Assembly (NCBI RefSeq): GCF_006345805.1
Contig: NC_043016.1
Location: forward strand, 16,306,001 to 16,370,000
Source: Octopus sinensis
Lineage: Eukaryota
DNA: 64,000 nucleotides
Direction of reading: 5' to 3'
The position numbers were made by a program, and so were the translations under genes. Below the pieces are notes generated by a model. It saw nothing but the letters and a program-made list of their open reading frames with translations, had not been told where the DNA came from and did no database searches. Below are positions 11,340 through 24,200 of this stretch, piece after piece (the stretch's first letter is position 1; the number at the start of each line of letters is the position of its first letter).

Positions 11340-11960
11340 AAATGCAACTCCTGGTAATACACAATTCCCTTCCAATCCAACCATATACAGGATTTCATCT
11401 TCTTCGGATACTGACCGGCTTTTGGAGTGATTATTGGTCGTTCATTTAATTATCTGCAGGACCTTCTATTGCTCCCCATGGTTGTAAACAATCCCGTTTT
11501 CTTTCATCTGTGATTGCTCTTTATAAAAAAAATGGATCGTTTTGTTTTGTTTTGTTTGAGTTGAGAACTGCAGGTGGAAATGCATCCATTAAATTTATTT
11601 TACCATTAAATAATTTATTCTTTTTATTGGCCACAAGGGCTGTATTTTACCATTAAATAATGAGGTACCCAAATATCATAATGATTCATGAATCTAAGTG
11701 TTTTTAAATACCTTATAACAGTCGTATGTTAAAAAGGTGAAGAATATCTGACCTGGATTGTTTTTCGATTTGGTTCTCCTCAGTAACCATAGTCCTGCTA
11801 GAATGTCCTTGATCTTCCAGACCAAACTTTTCACTCCTAAACCTAGCAAAACCACTTACAGTCCCTCAGCTAAGACACCACCTCCATTAACTGCACGTTT
11901 CTTTTTTGATGTTTCTACAGTGTTTATTTCCTTTCAGGAAATGAAAAATCATTAAAAGGC
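11340..11960 (-). mobile_element. Degenerate mariner transposase remnant
   Basis: The minus strand gives KWFARFRSEKFGLEDQGHSSR (HTH region, ~11790-11860) and PKAGQYPKKMKSCIWLDWKGIVYYQEL (~11350-11430), resembling the mariner PKKVMLCIWWDWKGIVYYELL motif. Confidence 0.65.
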
Positions 11961-12170
11961 AAAGCTCTTATCCTATTTTCCGCTTTTTCTTTCACTTTTA
12001 AAGTAAAAACAGTGAAGATAAATTATTCACACAGTAATCGTATAGAAAGACGTGTTGAAATGTCAGTCGAAGTCTCACGGATCTCCTTTTGATTTCGGAA
12101 CGCCATGCTGACCAAAATCCAGTATGACATGCTAAATGGGTGATAGTCAGGATTATATTATCCCTTCAAA

Positions 12171-12172
<2 letters not shown>

Positions 12173-12225
<53 letters not shown>

Positions 12226-12425
12226 CGTGTGTGCATGAGTGTCTGTTTTGTCCTCCACCATCACTTGACAACTGGTGTTGGCGCGTTTACATCCATATAA
12301 ATTAATTGCTCAGTAAAAAGTCGATAAACAAAAGAATAAAAGTACTGGGGCCGATTCGTTCGATTCAAATTCATCAAGGCTGTGCTCCAGCATGGTCGCA
12401 GTCTCACGACTTAAACAAATAAAGA
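12173..12425 (+). mobile_element. (TG)n plus 3' half of tRNA-SINE type 1, degenerate
   Basis: catcacttgacaactggtgttgg and ctccagcatggtcgcagtc match 28960-29120. Confidence 0.7.
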
Positions 12426-12464
12426 AACGAACAAATATATATATAACAAGGGAAAAATACATTC

Positions 12465-12550
12465 ATCTATTTATATATATGTAATACACACATATAAATT
12501 GAGGAGATATTATGATCCATTTGAATTGTGCATATATATATATATGTATG

Positions 12551-12627
<77 letters not shown>

Positions 12628-12662
12628 ATATATATATATATATGTATGTATGTATATGTATG

Positions 12663-12751
<89 letters not shown>
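12465..12751. repeat. (TA)n/(TATG)n microsatellite
   Basis: Direct reading. Source of the YI-repeat ORFs. Confidence 0.95.
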
Positions 12752-12753
<2 letters not shown>

Positions 12754-13015
12754 TTAATGACGGCATTAATGACTGCATCTATTACACATAATTATGCTTG
12801 GATCAATTTTATGTAACACATTTCAAATGGTTTTTTCCTTTGAAGTAAATGCATAACAAAATATGTTTTCGGCCTAAACTGTTTCTAAACAATTTTTACC
12901 ACTAAACTTTCCCAGCAAACAATTATATTTGTCTGCCTTTTCATTGACATCATAATATCCCAATTTCCCGATGTTACCAATTAGCTACTTATGTATTTAT
13001 TTAATTATTTATTTA

Positions 13016-13071
13016 TTATGTCTGTTTTGTATTGTCCCCTTCATCATTCGGCCTGGTGGCAAATAAACCAA

Positions 13072-13075
<4 letters not shown>
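13016..13075 (+). mobile_element. Tx1/L1-like LINE 3' terminus
   Basis: ttatgtctgttttgtattgtccccttcatcattcggcctggtggcaaataaa matches the reverse complement of 61170-61224. Followed by (ATT)n. Confidence 0.7.
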
Positions 13076-13117
<42 letters not shown>

Positions 13118-13671
13118 GAGTGAGAGAGCAGTTCATGCCATCAAAATGACACTGGGGTAAAATATACGAAGCCCAGTATACCCATCATGACTACCCGTCT
13201 GATAAAGGTACACCAGGCACATGCATCACAACCATATGTGCGCGACATGGTGATCTCATATCAAAATAAACAGCACATGACCTTGCAGGTGGGGCCCAGT
13301 TAGAATTTTCTTCAGATTGAATAGCCCATCCCGCTCAAACGGTCCCTGAATAAGGGTTGTTTAAGGATGTTGAAAGAACCACCCATGTTTCCAGAGGTGA
13401 ATTATTCAAACTCCAAAGAATCCCTCTCAATACATGGCTATGATGCTCCCCCACTACTTCTGCTCGTGATCAGAAATGCACATATCGTCAGCCACTAAGG
13501 GGCATGCTCAACTGGTTAAGGTCAAACAACTGACAAGCAAATCTGTGGTATTGAGCAGAATATTTGCTGTAGCCCATCTTTTATACCAAGACAAAACAAT
13601 GTACATGATAACACTTCCAATCAGTTAAGATCAGAAGCCATGAGAGCCACTGCCTGGTACTGCATCAGGGC

Positions 13672-13675
<4 letters not shown>
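13118..13675 (-). mobile_element. Element X copy 2 (full length)
   Basis: Reverse complement of 8578-9135. (ATT)n on both sides on the plus strand. Confidence 0.9.
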
Positions 13676-13960
<285 letters not shown>

Positions 13961-13961
<1 letters not shown>

Positions 13962-16900
13962 TATATTTGACTTTTGCTTTACATTTGTACAAGTTGGCTC
14001 CAAGTCTCACCCAGAGACCTCAAGAGACAACAAGTTAGAAGTTCATGTTGGTGTTATGCCTAGGGTGCCATATATTTGGTTTTGTACAGAGTGTTGTTCT
14101 AGAGAATGTTTAAGAAACCATAAGAAAATTATGTTTGTTTTATATAATTTGAGATTACATAGAAAGTATTTTGCGTGGGATATGGGCAGTTCCCATGAGC
14201 ACTATCTTTTGAATTTCTGCCATTTTGTGGTTTCCTGGTATCTGAGTTAGGTAGCAATCAGCCCCTTTTGCTATCATTCCTAGGGCACCCATGACAACAT
14301 GTATTGTTTTAGTCTTCAGGTTTCACACTTCGTCAATTTCCAACTAAACATCTTTATACTCAGTTTTTGGTAGATCTTGACGAATACATTTACATCAATT
14401 GAGACAGTCATATCAATGAGGAGGTATGTTCTTTGTCTGAAGTCTTTCAATATGATGTCTGGCCTATTCGCATCTATCTTTCTGTCAGTTTGAACGGCGA
14501 AGTTCCAGTGGAGTGAGATGTGATCATTTTCAAGCACTGGTGGTGGTTTGTGTTCCCACAAGTTTTTATCATGGGACAAGTCCAGGTTTTTGCAAATTAC
14601 CCAGTGAATATAGTGTGCTGCTCTATCATGCCTGTTGAGATACTCTGTAGGCACAAGAAAACTGCACATTGTTAATTCCAGATGTAAAAGTCCACCGTCC
14701 CCCTCTTTTCTTAGCAGGTAAAGTCGTTCTATATCTGCCTTGGGGTGGTGCATTCTATGGATTGTCAACAATTTTTCTGTCAAGATTACATATTTCAGTA
14801 ATTGACCAGTCAATATTACATATTTCAGTAATTGGCCAGTTAATGGTATTGAAATTATAAGTCACGACTGGTATGGCAAAAGTATTGATCGCTTCGATCC
14901 TGTTTCTCGCATTCAGCTCTGTCTTGAGTATTGCTCTTACTCTGCGATAACATCCTCTCCTGATCCTTTCCTTCATCACTGAATGCCTTATTCCGTCCCC
15001 TTCAATTACCCCTAGGTACTTGTAGCTCTCCGCTGGGTCTAACTCTTTTATGACATTCTGCTGGTCGAGGTAAACGTTAGATGTTTCTATCATTTTTCCT
15101 TTGATAAAGGTAGCTTTTGCACATTTATCGAGGCCAAATTGCCTCCTGATGTCATCACTGAATTGCTTAACAACCACTAGTAAGCCTTGTAGTTGTTGGT
15201 CATTTTTTGCAAAGAGCTTTAAATCATCCATATAAATGAGATGATTTATATTTTTATCAAACATTTTATAACCGTATTGTACATCATTGAGCAATTTCGA
15301 GAGCGGTATTAAGGCTAGACAAAAGAGGTATGGTGATAGTGAGTCACCCTGGAAAATGCCACATGAAATTTTTACATCACCAGCATTTAGAGATTCATTG
15401 TCACTGTTCAAAGTTAGTGTGGTTCTCCATGATCTCATACGTACAGACAAGAAGTTTCGCAGAGTAGGTGCTATTTTATATATATCCAGACATTTCTTAA
15501 TCCAGTTGTGTGGTAGACTATCAAGAGCTTTTTTATAGTATATCCAGGCTGTCGACAAGTTTTTGTGCCGTTTGTGATAATATTCTAAGATCATCTTATT
15601 GATGAGTAGCTTATCTTTACAACCATAGGATCCACGTTTACATCCTTTTTGCTCATTACGAAATATGCTGCTTTCTATTAAAAAACTATAGGTATATTCA
15701 TTCAGGACAGATGTTAGCGTTTTACACATTGTTGTTAAGTAGGTTACGGGTCTATAGTTTTTGGTTCATTTGTTTCTTCATTTTTTGGAAGTAGGAATGT
15801 TACACCATTAACTAGCCAAGAGGGAGTCATACTAGGTTGTTGCAAAACATTATTGTAAAGTTTTGTTATCAGTTCATGGCTTTCTGGGAAGGCGTTCAAC
15901 CAGAAGTTAGGAATTGTATCCTTTCCTGGAGACTTCTATTTGCTTGATTTCCTGAGAGCAGATCTTACAACCTCTACCTTGATACCTTCCCCGCCCACAT
16001 TTGCTCTTCTAAGGAGTCTAAGTCTGTAGATATTCTATCAATTCATGAGGCCTTTTCGTTGTGTGTTTTTTCTTCTGCCCAAATTTTATTCCAAAATTCC
16101 TGCACTTCTTCTTTTGATGGGGCAGACTTTACTGTAACTGGTATTTTCCCCTATCTTCCTGTAAAAATTCCTTGGGTTATTTTCAAAAATAACCCAAGGA
16201 ATTTTTACAGGAACATGTTGTTGCCCTTGAAGAATCTAACGCGCTTTTCATACCTTGCTATGCAGGTAGCTTTAGTACTTACCTTTGCCTGATGGTTTCT
16301 ATGGTGGTATCAAAGTCAAATATGGCTTTCATATTATATTTTTTGTTTAATTTTCGGGTTTTTGTAGGTTGGATAGTCTTGTCAAGCATAAGGTTTTTTT
16401 TAATCCTTTAGCATTTAAACAGGTCAAATCTGGCCCCAAATTTCCTACATGTTTGATGTTTAAACTGGCCATATTTAGTCTTTCACACCTACTTAACAAT
16501 GTCATTATAAAAATAAAAATTTGAAATCTCAAAAAGTATGATTACAAGATAATACTGGATAAATTCAAAACAATGCAATAAATAAACATTACATTTGACA
16601 AAGTAATCTGAACACTAAAGGGTTAAACATTCTATGTCAGTCCTAAGTAGCTGAGTTTGGTGTTGAATACGCTCTTGCTAAAAAGGCTTTTTGTAGGAAT
16701 GTTGTCGTTTTCTAATCTTTTCACCACTTAGAATCGTTGAGATTTTCGCGGATGCATAGTTCAAGTGGTTGAGATCTGTAATATCAACATCATTAGCTGA
16801 AATTATATGCTTAAGTGCAAGGCGGATTTTACCAATTATTTTTAGGCTTTGGTTAGAATTACGGGTTTTTGGAAGAGTGTTGCATTCATTCATTCTGATT

Positions 16901-17702
16901 TCTTTAATTTTCAGCCATTCAATCATGATTTGATTTTTTACATCCTGTAGTTCTGTTGGGTCAATTTCTGTGTGGCTTTCTTCATCTATTTGATTTTCAT
17001 CTGTCTTAGTGTTTATGGTTGTTTCACAAAGTATTTCACTTTGCCTATCGGTTACATTAACTCTTTCAATCCTTCCTTCGTTTTCATCAGCCCTGGGCTG
17101 GTCTATAATTATTTCCTCTGTATTATCTTCTTTAGCTGCAGTTTCGATCCTTTCATCCCTTATTGATTGTTTAATTTGGTCAGTCTCTACTTCAGTTAGT
17201 AATTTCTTTTTCATAATGTTTTTTCGGACGTTGGCAAGTTTACTACCGTCTATGCAGGGTCTTACTTCAAGGTGCTTCTGTCTCCAGTTTAAGTAGGTTT
17301 GTACAGTATTAGATTTATTTGTGAGAAATACATGGCATGGTAGAAAGCCGTAAGAACTTCTTTATTATCTCTCCTAGACCATTTTTCATTCTTTTTCTTT
17401 TGGTTATTTGATGAAGAGCATGGATGGCAAACTACTGGAATATTCCGGTTGTGGGGTACTTCCAGCTCCTGTGTTTCGGGAAGATTTGAACCAGTAGCTG
17501 ATTTTTCGTGTCTAATTTGGTTAATCATTCGAGTACGTGGCCCTTGGTGTTCTGGTTAACGACCACTTCGGTTTGTAATTTGTTTCGTTATCACCGAGGC
17601 ATGACGAACTAGGACGTTGACATTAGGGGATGGATCTATCTGTTTAGGGTTAATTTTCCGACAAAACACCGTCTCCGAGTTCTCTGCATGTAAACATTGC
17701 TC

Positions 17703-17703
<1 letters not shown>
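13961..17703 (-). mobile_element. R4/Dong-like non-LTR retrotransposon, near full length, degenerate (family C)
   Basis: ORF 14755-15729 has QKGCKRGSYGCKDKLLI, WIYYKKALDSLPH, GIFQGDSLSPYLF, HLIYMDDLKLF, YKYLG. ORF 14316-14813 has HHPKADIERLY, YLNRHD, LHWNFAVQTDRKIDANRPDII..LIDM (restriction-like endonuclease). N-terminal ORFs at 16678-17214. (AAT)n flanks both ends on the sense strand. Confidence 0.9.
16404..16622. mobile_element. piggyBac-like MITE with TTAA target duplication, nested in the family C element
   Basis: TTAA(16400-16403) tcctttagcatt ... aacactaaaggg TTAA(16623-16626): imperfect TIRs starting CCTTTAG. Confidence 0.7.
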
Positions 17704-17765
<62 letters not shown>

Positions 17766-17814
17766 TATTATCCTCCTCCTCCTCCACCTCCTCCACCTCC
17801 TCATCATCATCATC

Positions 17815-18153
17815 GTTATAGTTTGGCTCAGGTCTGGTCTTATTCCTGACAGGATTTATATGGGTAGCGGATTACTACCTGTAACCTTAGGAATCCACAA
17901 GTTTTCAGCTGTCTTTCAGGTGCTTAGAACTCTCCTGATAATCCTTGTTGTCCCTAAGAGACAAACTTTCTGTAGAAGCTCTACAGAACATTCTATTTCC
18001 ATCTCATTCAGCCATTTGTCTACATCTTTCCTTACTCTTCCCAACGCACCAATTCTTATAGGAACGACCTTTACTGTCCTCATGCTCTGAATTCTTCCTA
18101 TTTCAAATTTTAAGGAATTGTATCTTTTTTGTTTTTCGTCCTCTTTTCGAAAA
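17815..18153 (-). mobile_element. R4/Dong-like 3' fragment (family G)
   Basis: The minus strand reads KYNSLKFEIGR..VVPIRIGALG..LLQKVCLLGTTRIIRRVLST*. Distinct 3' UTR. Microsatellites on both sides. Confidence 0.8.
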
Positions 18154-18243
18154 TTATTATTATTATTATTACTATTATTATTATTACTATTACTATTATT
18201 ATTATTATTATTAGTATCATTATTACTATTACTATTATTATTA

Positions 18244-18308
<65 letters not shown>

Positions 18309-18375
18309 GTTATTATTATTATTATTAATATCATTATTATTATTATTATTAGTATCATTATTACTATTACTATTA

Positions 18376-18410
<35 letters not shown>

Positions 18411-18444
18411 TACTATTACTATTATTATTATTATTATTGTTATT
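18154..18444. repeat. (ATT)n microsatellite
   Basis: Direct reading. Confidence 0.95.
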
Positions 18445-21400
18445 CAGTAGTTTTATTTTTATAGCGTGCTTTCACTTCACTACCGAGCACAGCTCTGTGT
18501 GCCTTGGGTATGTGCTGTGATTTGTTGTGATGCTCTGATGGTTATTGTATGGAAAGTGTTCTGCGTAGGATGTGTGCAGTGCCTAGTAGTGCAATTTTCT
18601 GTATGTTATATGTGTTTGTAAGTCCTGGTGTTTTTGTTATGTATTTGTCTGAATATTTTTTTATCATGCCTAATGCACCTACTATGATAGGAATTGTTTC
18701 TGTTTTCAGATTCCACATTCTAGTTACCTCTATTTCCAGGTCTTTGTATTTTGAGAGTTTCTCCATTTCTTTTAGAGACACGTTGTCATCAGCCGGTATT
18801 GATACATCAATTAGAAAGCATTTTTTTTCTTCATGATCTCTGACAACTATATCTGTCTGTTGGCCTTAATTTCTCTATCTGTGTGTATCGGCATATCCAG
18901 AGTATGGTTGCTTTCTCGTTTTCTGTGACCTTTTCTGGTGTGTGCCTATACCATCTTTTTTCTGTTGTTATTCCATAATGTTGGCATAGCTTCCAGTGTA
19001 TGTAGGTTCCAACTCTGTCATGTCTGTGAATATATTCCTTCTTAGCCAAGACTGGGCAGCCAGAGATAATATGATTTATTGTTTCTTGTCCATCTCCACA
19101 TATTCTGCAGTTACTTGTTGTAATTTCTGGTGGGGAGGCTTTGGTCTAGTGCTGCAATTAAAAATCCCTCTGTTTCTGCTTTGAGTCCTGAGCTTCTCAA
19201 ACATTCCTGGGATTTTTCTTTGTCTATTTCTTTTGCATTTAGTTTAGTCCAGTATTTACCGTCGAGGGGCTTTTCTTGCCATCGTTTTATCATGTTCGTT
19301 GCTGTTCTATGTTTTAGTTTGGATTCCATTTTTTTATAGCTTTTGTTGTTTCTTCATCTTCTTCTTCTTCTTCATGTTTATTAGGTGGTATGATTTCTTG
19401 TTTGTATTTGTCAGCTTCCTTAAATACTGAGAACAGTTTTTTGTTTTGCTCGTGTTTTGCCGCTATCTGGATCAGTTTTCCTTCCTTCTGAAGTAGATAT
19501 TTTTGCAGTCCTATGGTGGTTATTTTATAGTAGTTTTCCAGCTGTATAAGGCCTCTACCACCTTCTATACGTTGTATATTAGTCTTTCTATGTCAGATTT
19601 TGGGTGATGCATCCTAGATCCTGTCATTATTTTTCTTGTTTTCCTATCTATTTTGGTCAGTTCATTTCGTGTCCAGTTAAGGATATTGTAGCTGTAACTT
19701 ATAACTGGGACAGCTAAAGTGTTGATACCTATTATCTTGTTTTTAGCATTGACTCTGTGTTTAGTATTGATCTAACTCGTCTATAATATTCTTTTTTTAT
19801 TTTCTCTTTCATTTGTGTGTGTTGTGTCTTATCTAGTTCATGGATTCCTAAATATTTGTAAGTTTGGCTTTGGTCTAATTCTTTTATTTCATTGGTTTTA
19901 TCTAGTGTGATGTTGTTACTCTTAACTAGTTTTCCTCTTTTCAGGGTTACTTTGGCGCATTTTTCTAATCCAAATTTCATATCTATTTCTTTGGTAAATC
20001 CATGAACTGTCTTTAATAGTGTTTCCAGCTGTTTGTCATTTGCAGCGTATAGTTTTAGGTCATCCATATATAAAAGGTGGCTGATCGTTTTGCCGTAACA
20101 TTTATATCCGCATCCAGTTATATTTAGCATATCAGATAGAGGTGACAGTGCTAAGCAGAAAAGGAGTGGAGAGAGCGTGTCTCCCTGGAATATTCCTCTT
20201 CTAATGGGGATGTCTTTGGTTTTCATGAGTCCCTCTTTTGTTTGGAGCTGTAGGACTGTTTGCCATTTATTCATAGAGTGCTCTATGAATTTTATGATTG
20301 TTGGTGCTACTTTGTTAATGGCTAGTGTTTCGAGGATCCATGTGTGGGGGATGCTATCAAACGCCTTTTTGTAGTCAATCCAGGCCATACTGAGGCCTTC
20401 TTCTTTCTGTGGCTGTCTTCAGTTATGGCTTTATAATCATTAGTTGATCTTTACAGCCATATGAGCCTTTGCGGCATCCTTTCTGCTCTTCTGGAACAGT
20501 TTGTTTTCGTCCAGGTGCTTGTTCAGCCTTTGTGATATCATTGCAGTAATGCCTGAACATAGTAGGGAGGCAGGTTATTGGTCTGTAGTTTTCTGGTTTT
20601 TCTGTTTCATTTGATTTGGGAATTAAGATGGTTTTCCCCTTCGTGAGCCATTCAGGCATTGTCTCTGGCTCTGCTAGTACGTTGTTAAAGTTTTCAGCCA
20701 GCTTTTTGTGCATTCCTGTTAGATATTTCAACCAGAAGTCGGGGATCTTGTCATGCCCAGGTGCCTTCCAGTTGCTTAGTCTTTGCAGTGCCTGGGTGAC
20801 CTCTTCAGTTGTTATGGGGGTCCAAAGTTGTTCAGATGCCGAGTTTGTTATTCTGATACTCCTTTTTTTTGGTGGTTCGTTCGCCGACCATATTTCTCCC
20901 AGAATTCTTCCAATTCTTCTGCCGTTGGTGCTGCAGTGACTCTATTTTATTTTTTCCCAGTTCTTGGTAGAACTTTTTGGGGTTAGAGTTGAACTTTTTG
21001 TTTTCTTCAAAGAAGCGTTGGCGTTTCTTGTTACGGCGGATCCTTTGTGCTTTGGCAAGGATATCTTGCTTCAGCTTTTCTTTTATTTCAGGCAAATCTT
21101 TCTCTGTGATGTTATATTTGCGGAGTATTTTTGTTCTCTTTTTGTTGCTCAGTAGCGTTGATTGTTTGCTGATTTCATTAAGAATCGACAGGTCTTTTCT
21201 AATTTTTTTTATTTTGCGGGTTTGGGTGAGTATCCAGTTTCTTTTGTGGCTGCAGTGGCTGCTGCGTATATTAGGTTATTTAGCTCAGTGATATCACTTT
21301 TTTTTGATTCAGTGGCTATCAGTTCAGTGACGGCTAGGTTTATGCTGTTTATAATAGGTGTTGTTATTTTGTTTATTTTGATTCTTGGGAGGTATGGTCG

Positions 21401-21698
21401 GTGGTCCATTTTGAGCTCTGTGGTTTTCAGTTCTTTGATTATTTTATTTTTTATATTATCATAGTCATTAGGCTCCCCTTCGTTGTTTACATCGTGTTTG
21501 TTGGGAATGTTGCGTTTGTCTTCGTGTTTTACAGTTTCAGTGTTTATATTATTGGGCATTGTTGTGTGGCTTCTATCTACATTTTCCTGTGTATGTTTTC
21601 TTTTAGGTGTTCTATTCTATTCTGATATTTTTTTTTGTGTTGAGAATGTATCTTCGTACGTTAGCTAATTTATTAGGGTTCATTGCTGTATCCAAGTC
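18445..21698 (-). mobile_element. R4/Dong-like non-LTR retrotransposon, near full length, frameshifted (family A)
   Basis: ORFs 20423-20731 (NYRPITCLPT, QKGCRKGSYGCKDQLMI), 19732-20388 (MAWIDYKKAFDSIPH, RGIFQGDTLSPLLF, HLLYMDDLKLYA), 19111-19329 (LRSSGLKAETEGFLIAA), 18831-19049 (EYIHRHD) and 18542-18781 (EKLSKYKDL, IPIIVGALG, QKIALLGTAHILR). (AAT)n at both ends. Confidence 0.93.
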
Positions 21699-21786
21699 TA
21701 TTATTATTATTATTATTATTACTATTATTATTATTAATATTATTATTATTATTATTATTATTATATTATTATTATTATTATTATTA

Positions 21787-21834
<48 letters not shown>

Positions 21835-22613
21835 TTATGTTTGACTTATGCTTTAAATTTGTACAAGTTAGCTCCAAGTCTCACCCAGAGACCTCAAGAG
21901 ACAACAAGTTGGAAGTTCATGTTGGTGTTATGCCTAGGGTGCCATATATTTGGTTTTGTACATAGTGTTGTTCTAGAGAATGTTTAAGAAACCATAAGAA
22001 AATGCCGTTCTTTAATATGTTGGCCTGGTAGTTCCTTGTAGGTAGGCATTGATCTTGAGCAATTCAGATCTTAAGCAAGAGGCCATTAGCCATTGATGAG
22101 TCAGGGCTTTGTCAACATCGGCATTATTAGCTCTCTTTAGCTATTAGCCATTGAGAGGTTTTTCTTGCCATTTATCAGTCAGAATATCTAAGGCAGCAGT
22201 TTTAGCACGGGTTTTCATGCGCTTAGCTTTTTCTGCGCTTTTTTTTCGTATGTCTAATTCCGGAATTTGTTGTATTCGGAATTCACTTAGATATTCCTTT
22301 GCCTGTTTTGTTACTGAGTATGATGCTTTCTTGTTTTCATGTTTTGAGACAAGCTTTAACATCCAGTCCTCAGAGTTTTTCAGGTAGGTGTCTAGGCAAA
22401 TTGTAGCAATTTTCATTGTTATTGCCAGTTGTAAAAGTCCACGGCCTCCCTCTTTTCTTGGCAGATAAAGCCGTTCTATATCTGCCTTAGGGTGGTGCAT
22501 TCTATGGATTGTCAACAGTTTTCTTATTTTTCTGTCAAGATTACATTGACCAGTTAACGATATTGAAACCGTAAGTCACGACTGGTATGGCTAAAGTATT
22601 GATCGCTTCGGTC
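21835..22613 (-). mobile_element. R4/Dong-like family C, 5'-truncated and internally deleted
   Basis: 3' UTR at 21835-22000 is near-identical to 13961-14130. ORF 22144-22515 has HHPKADIERLYLPRKEGGRGLL..WQEKPL. (AAT)n tail at 21699-21834. Confidence 0.85.
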
Positions 22614-22958
22614 TTATTATTATCATTATTATTGTTGTTGTTGTTGTTGTTGAACATTTGGTAGATTGAGGCAAGTTTCTACTGCAACACCTGCTGCACG
22701 TCCATGTTGCTGGGGTGTGTAGCATTGTGTGTCATTTTTTGATGTTGGGTGTGTGCAAACTCTTCCTAGTATCGTATTGCATCAATTTCTTTAGTTCTTT
22801 TTTGTTTTAAAGGTGTGGTGCAGTTTTTTTGTTGTATTAGTATTTGCATTGTGTGTTATGGGTGTAATGCGTTGGGGATCCGGCTTGGCGGTGGTATTCG
22901 ATTTCACTGGTTATTAGAGTGCCTTGTGTGTGTGTGGATTGTTTTAATTTAGGTTGTA

Positions 22959-24198
22959 CGAGGAGTGTTCATTAACAATTTACTCTGACCCACTTCCCAA
23001 GGACTGGGATAAACGAAACTTGCTATAATTATTAGTACTTCTCCACATAATCACCACTAATGATGACACACTTCTCACATTGCTTTATGCAGCTGGGAAG
23101 AGCTCGTCTGTAGAAGTCGGTAGGTTGCGGCTGGAGCCATGATTTTACCTCGGAAATAAGTTCATCACCGTCCGAAAAGGTGCGAGGCTGGGAGAGTAAG
23201 GGAAATTAGGAAGGATTTCATAGCCACGGGAGTATACTTTCATCTGGGAAACATGCGCATTGTGAACTGGGGCGTTGTCCTGGTAGAGGCGGACTCCTTT
23301 GGTCAACATGCCACGCCTCTCTGTTTTGAGGGCTTTTTGCAGTTTCTGCAGCAGAGAAGCATAACATGCTCCGTTAACTGCGGTGCCCTTTGCCAGAATA
23401 ACCATCACCACTACTCCACGCTGGCCCCAAAAGACTGTGAGGATCACCTTGCCTGCTGAGGGTTGGACACGGACTTTCTTTGGAGGTGGTGAGTTATCAT
23501 GCTTCAATTGCTTCGACTGGACTTTCGTCTCAGGATCATAGTGAGGGACCGAGGTTTCATCCTGTATGATGAGTCTGTCGAAAATGTTCTCCTCGTTTTC
23601 TTGGCATGTTGCCAAAAGTTTCTGGAAGCAATTGAGTCGTTCCTGCTTTTGAAAAGGTGCGAGCATCAGAGGAATCCATCAAGCAGACAACTTCCACATG
23701 TGCAAATTGTCATGAGGGATTTTTCCTATTGACCCTACACTTATTTTCACTTCTTGGGATAGTTGCCGAATGGTTATGCGGCGATTCTCCAAAATGGCGG
23801 CTTCCACTTTATGGCTGGTATCATAGATGGCGGAATGTGGTCGTCCAGGAATAGGAGCAGTTTCCACCGATGTACGATCACATTCTAACTGGAAATGCCT
23901 ATGCTTGACTACGTCGTATGATGGTACATCGTCACAACAAACTTCTTTCATCTTAACGAAAGTCTCTTTCGGTGTACGACCTTTCAAGTATAAGAACCTG
24001 ATCACTGATCTGCATTCAACTGCCTCCATTATAACATCTTTGTCCACTTCAGCAGCCGTAAAAGACAAACGGATACTAGTGGAAAGTTGCAATTTACAAT
24101 GTGACATGCAGAGACATATATGATTATACTGGTACAAGTTCCATTTCCTGCAATAACCGGAAGTGGGTCAGGGGAAAATCTTTAATGAACACTCCTCG
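22959..24198 (-). mobile_element. Full-length mariner (Tc1/mariner) DNA transposon with disrupted transposase
   Basis: ~39-bp TIRs cgaggagtgttcattaa...tgacccacttcc at both ends, TA at 22957-22958 and 24199-24200. ORFs 23679-24137 (CRSVIRFLYLKG, PGRP, RRITIRQL) and 23145-23666 (IQDETSV, SAGKVILTVFW, LYQDNAPVH, FPYSPSLAP). Confidence 0.93.
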
Positions 24199-24200
24199 TA

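Noticed and set aside
13440-13475. Short matches of element X to U1 snRNA (gtagtggggga, tgatcacga on the minus strand) and an A-box-like tggctctcatgg near its 5' end
   Set aside because: The matches are 9-11 nt, not collinear with U1, and no B box follows the A-box-like motif. Insufficient to call X snRNA- or tRNA-derived.
22630-22880. Strand-biased T/N/Q-rich stretch resembling a LINE ORF1 tail
   Set aside because: Multiple stops and no diagnostic motif, so it cannot be assigned.
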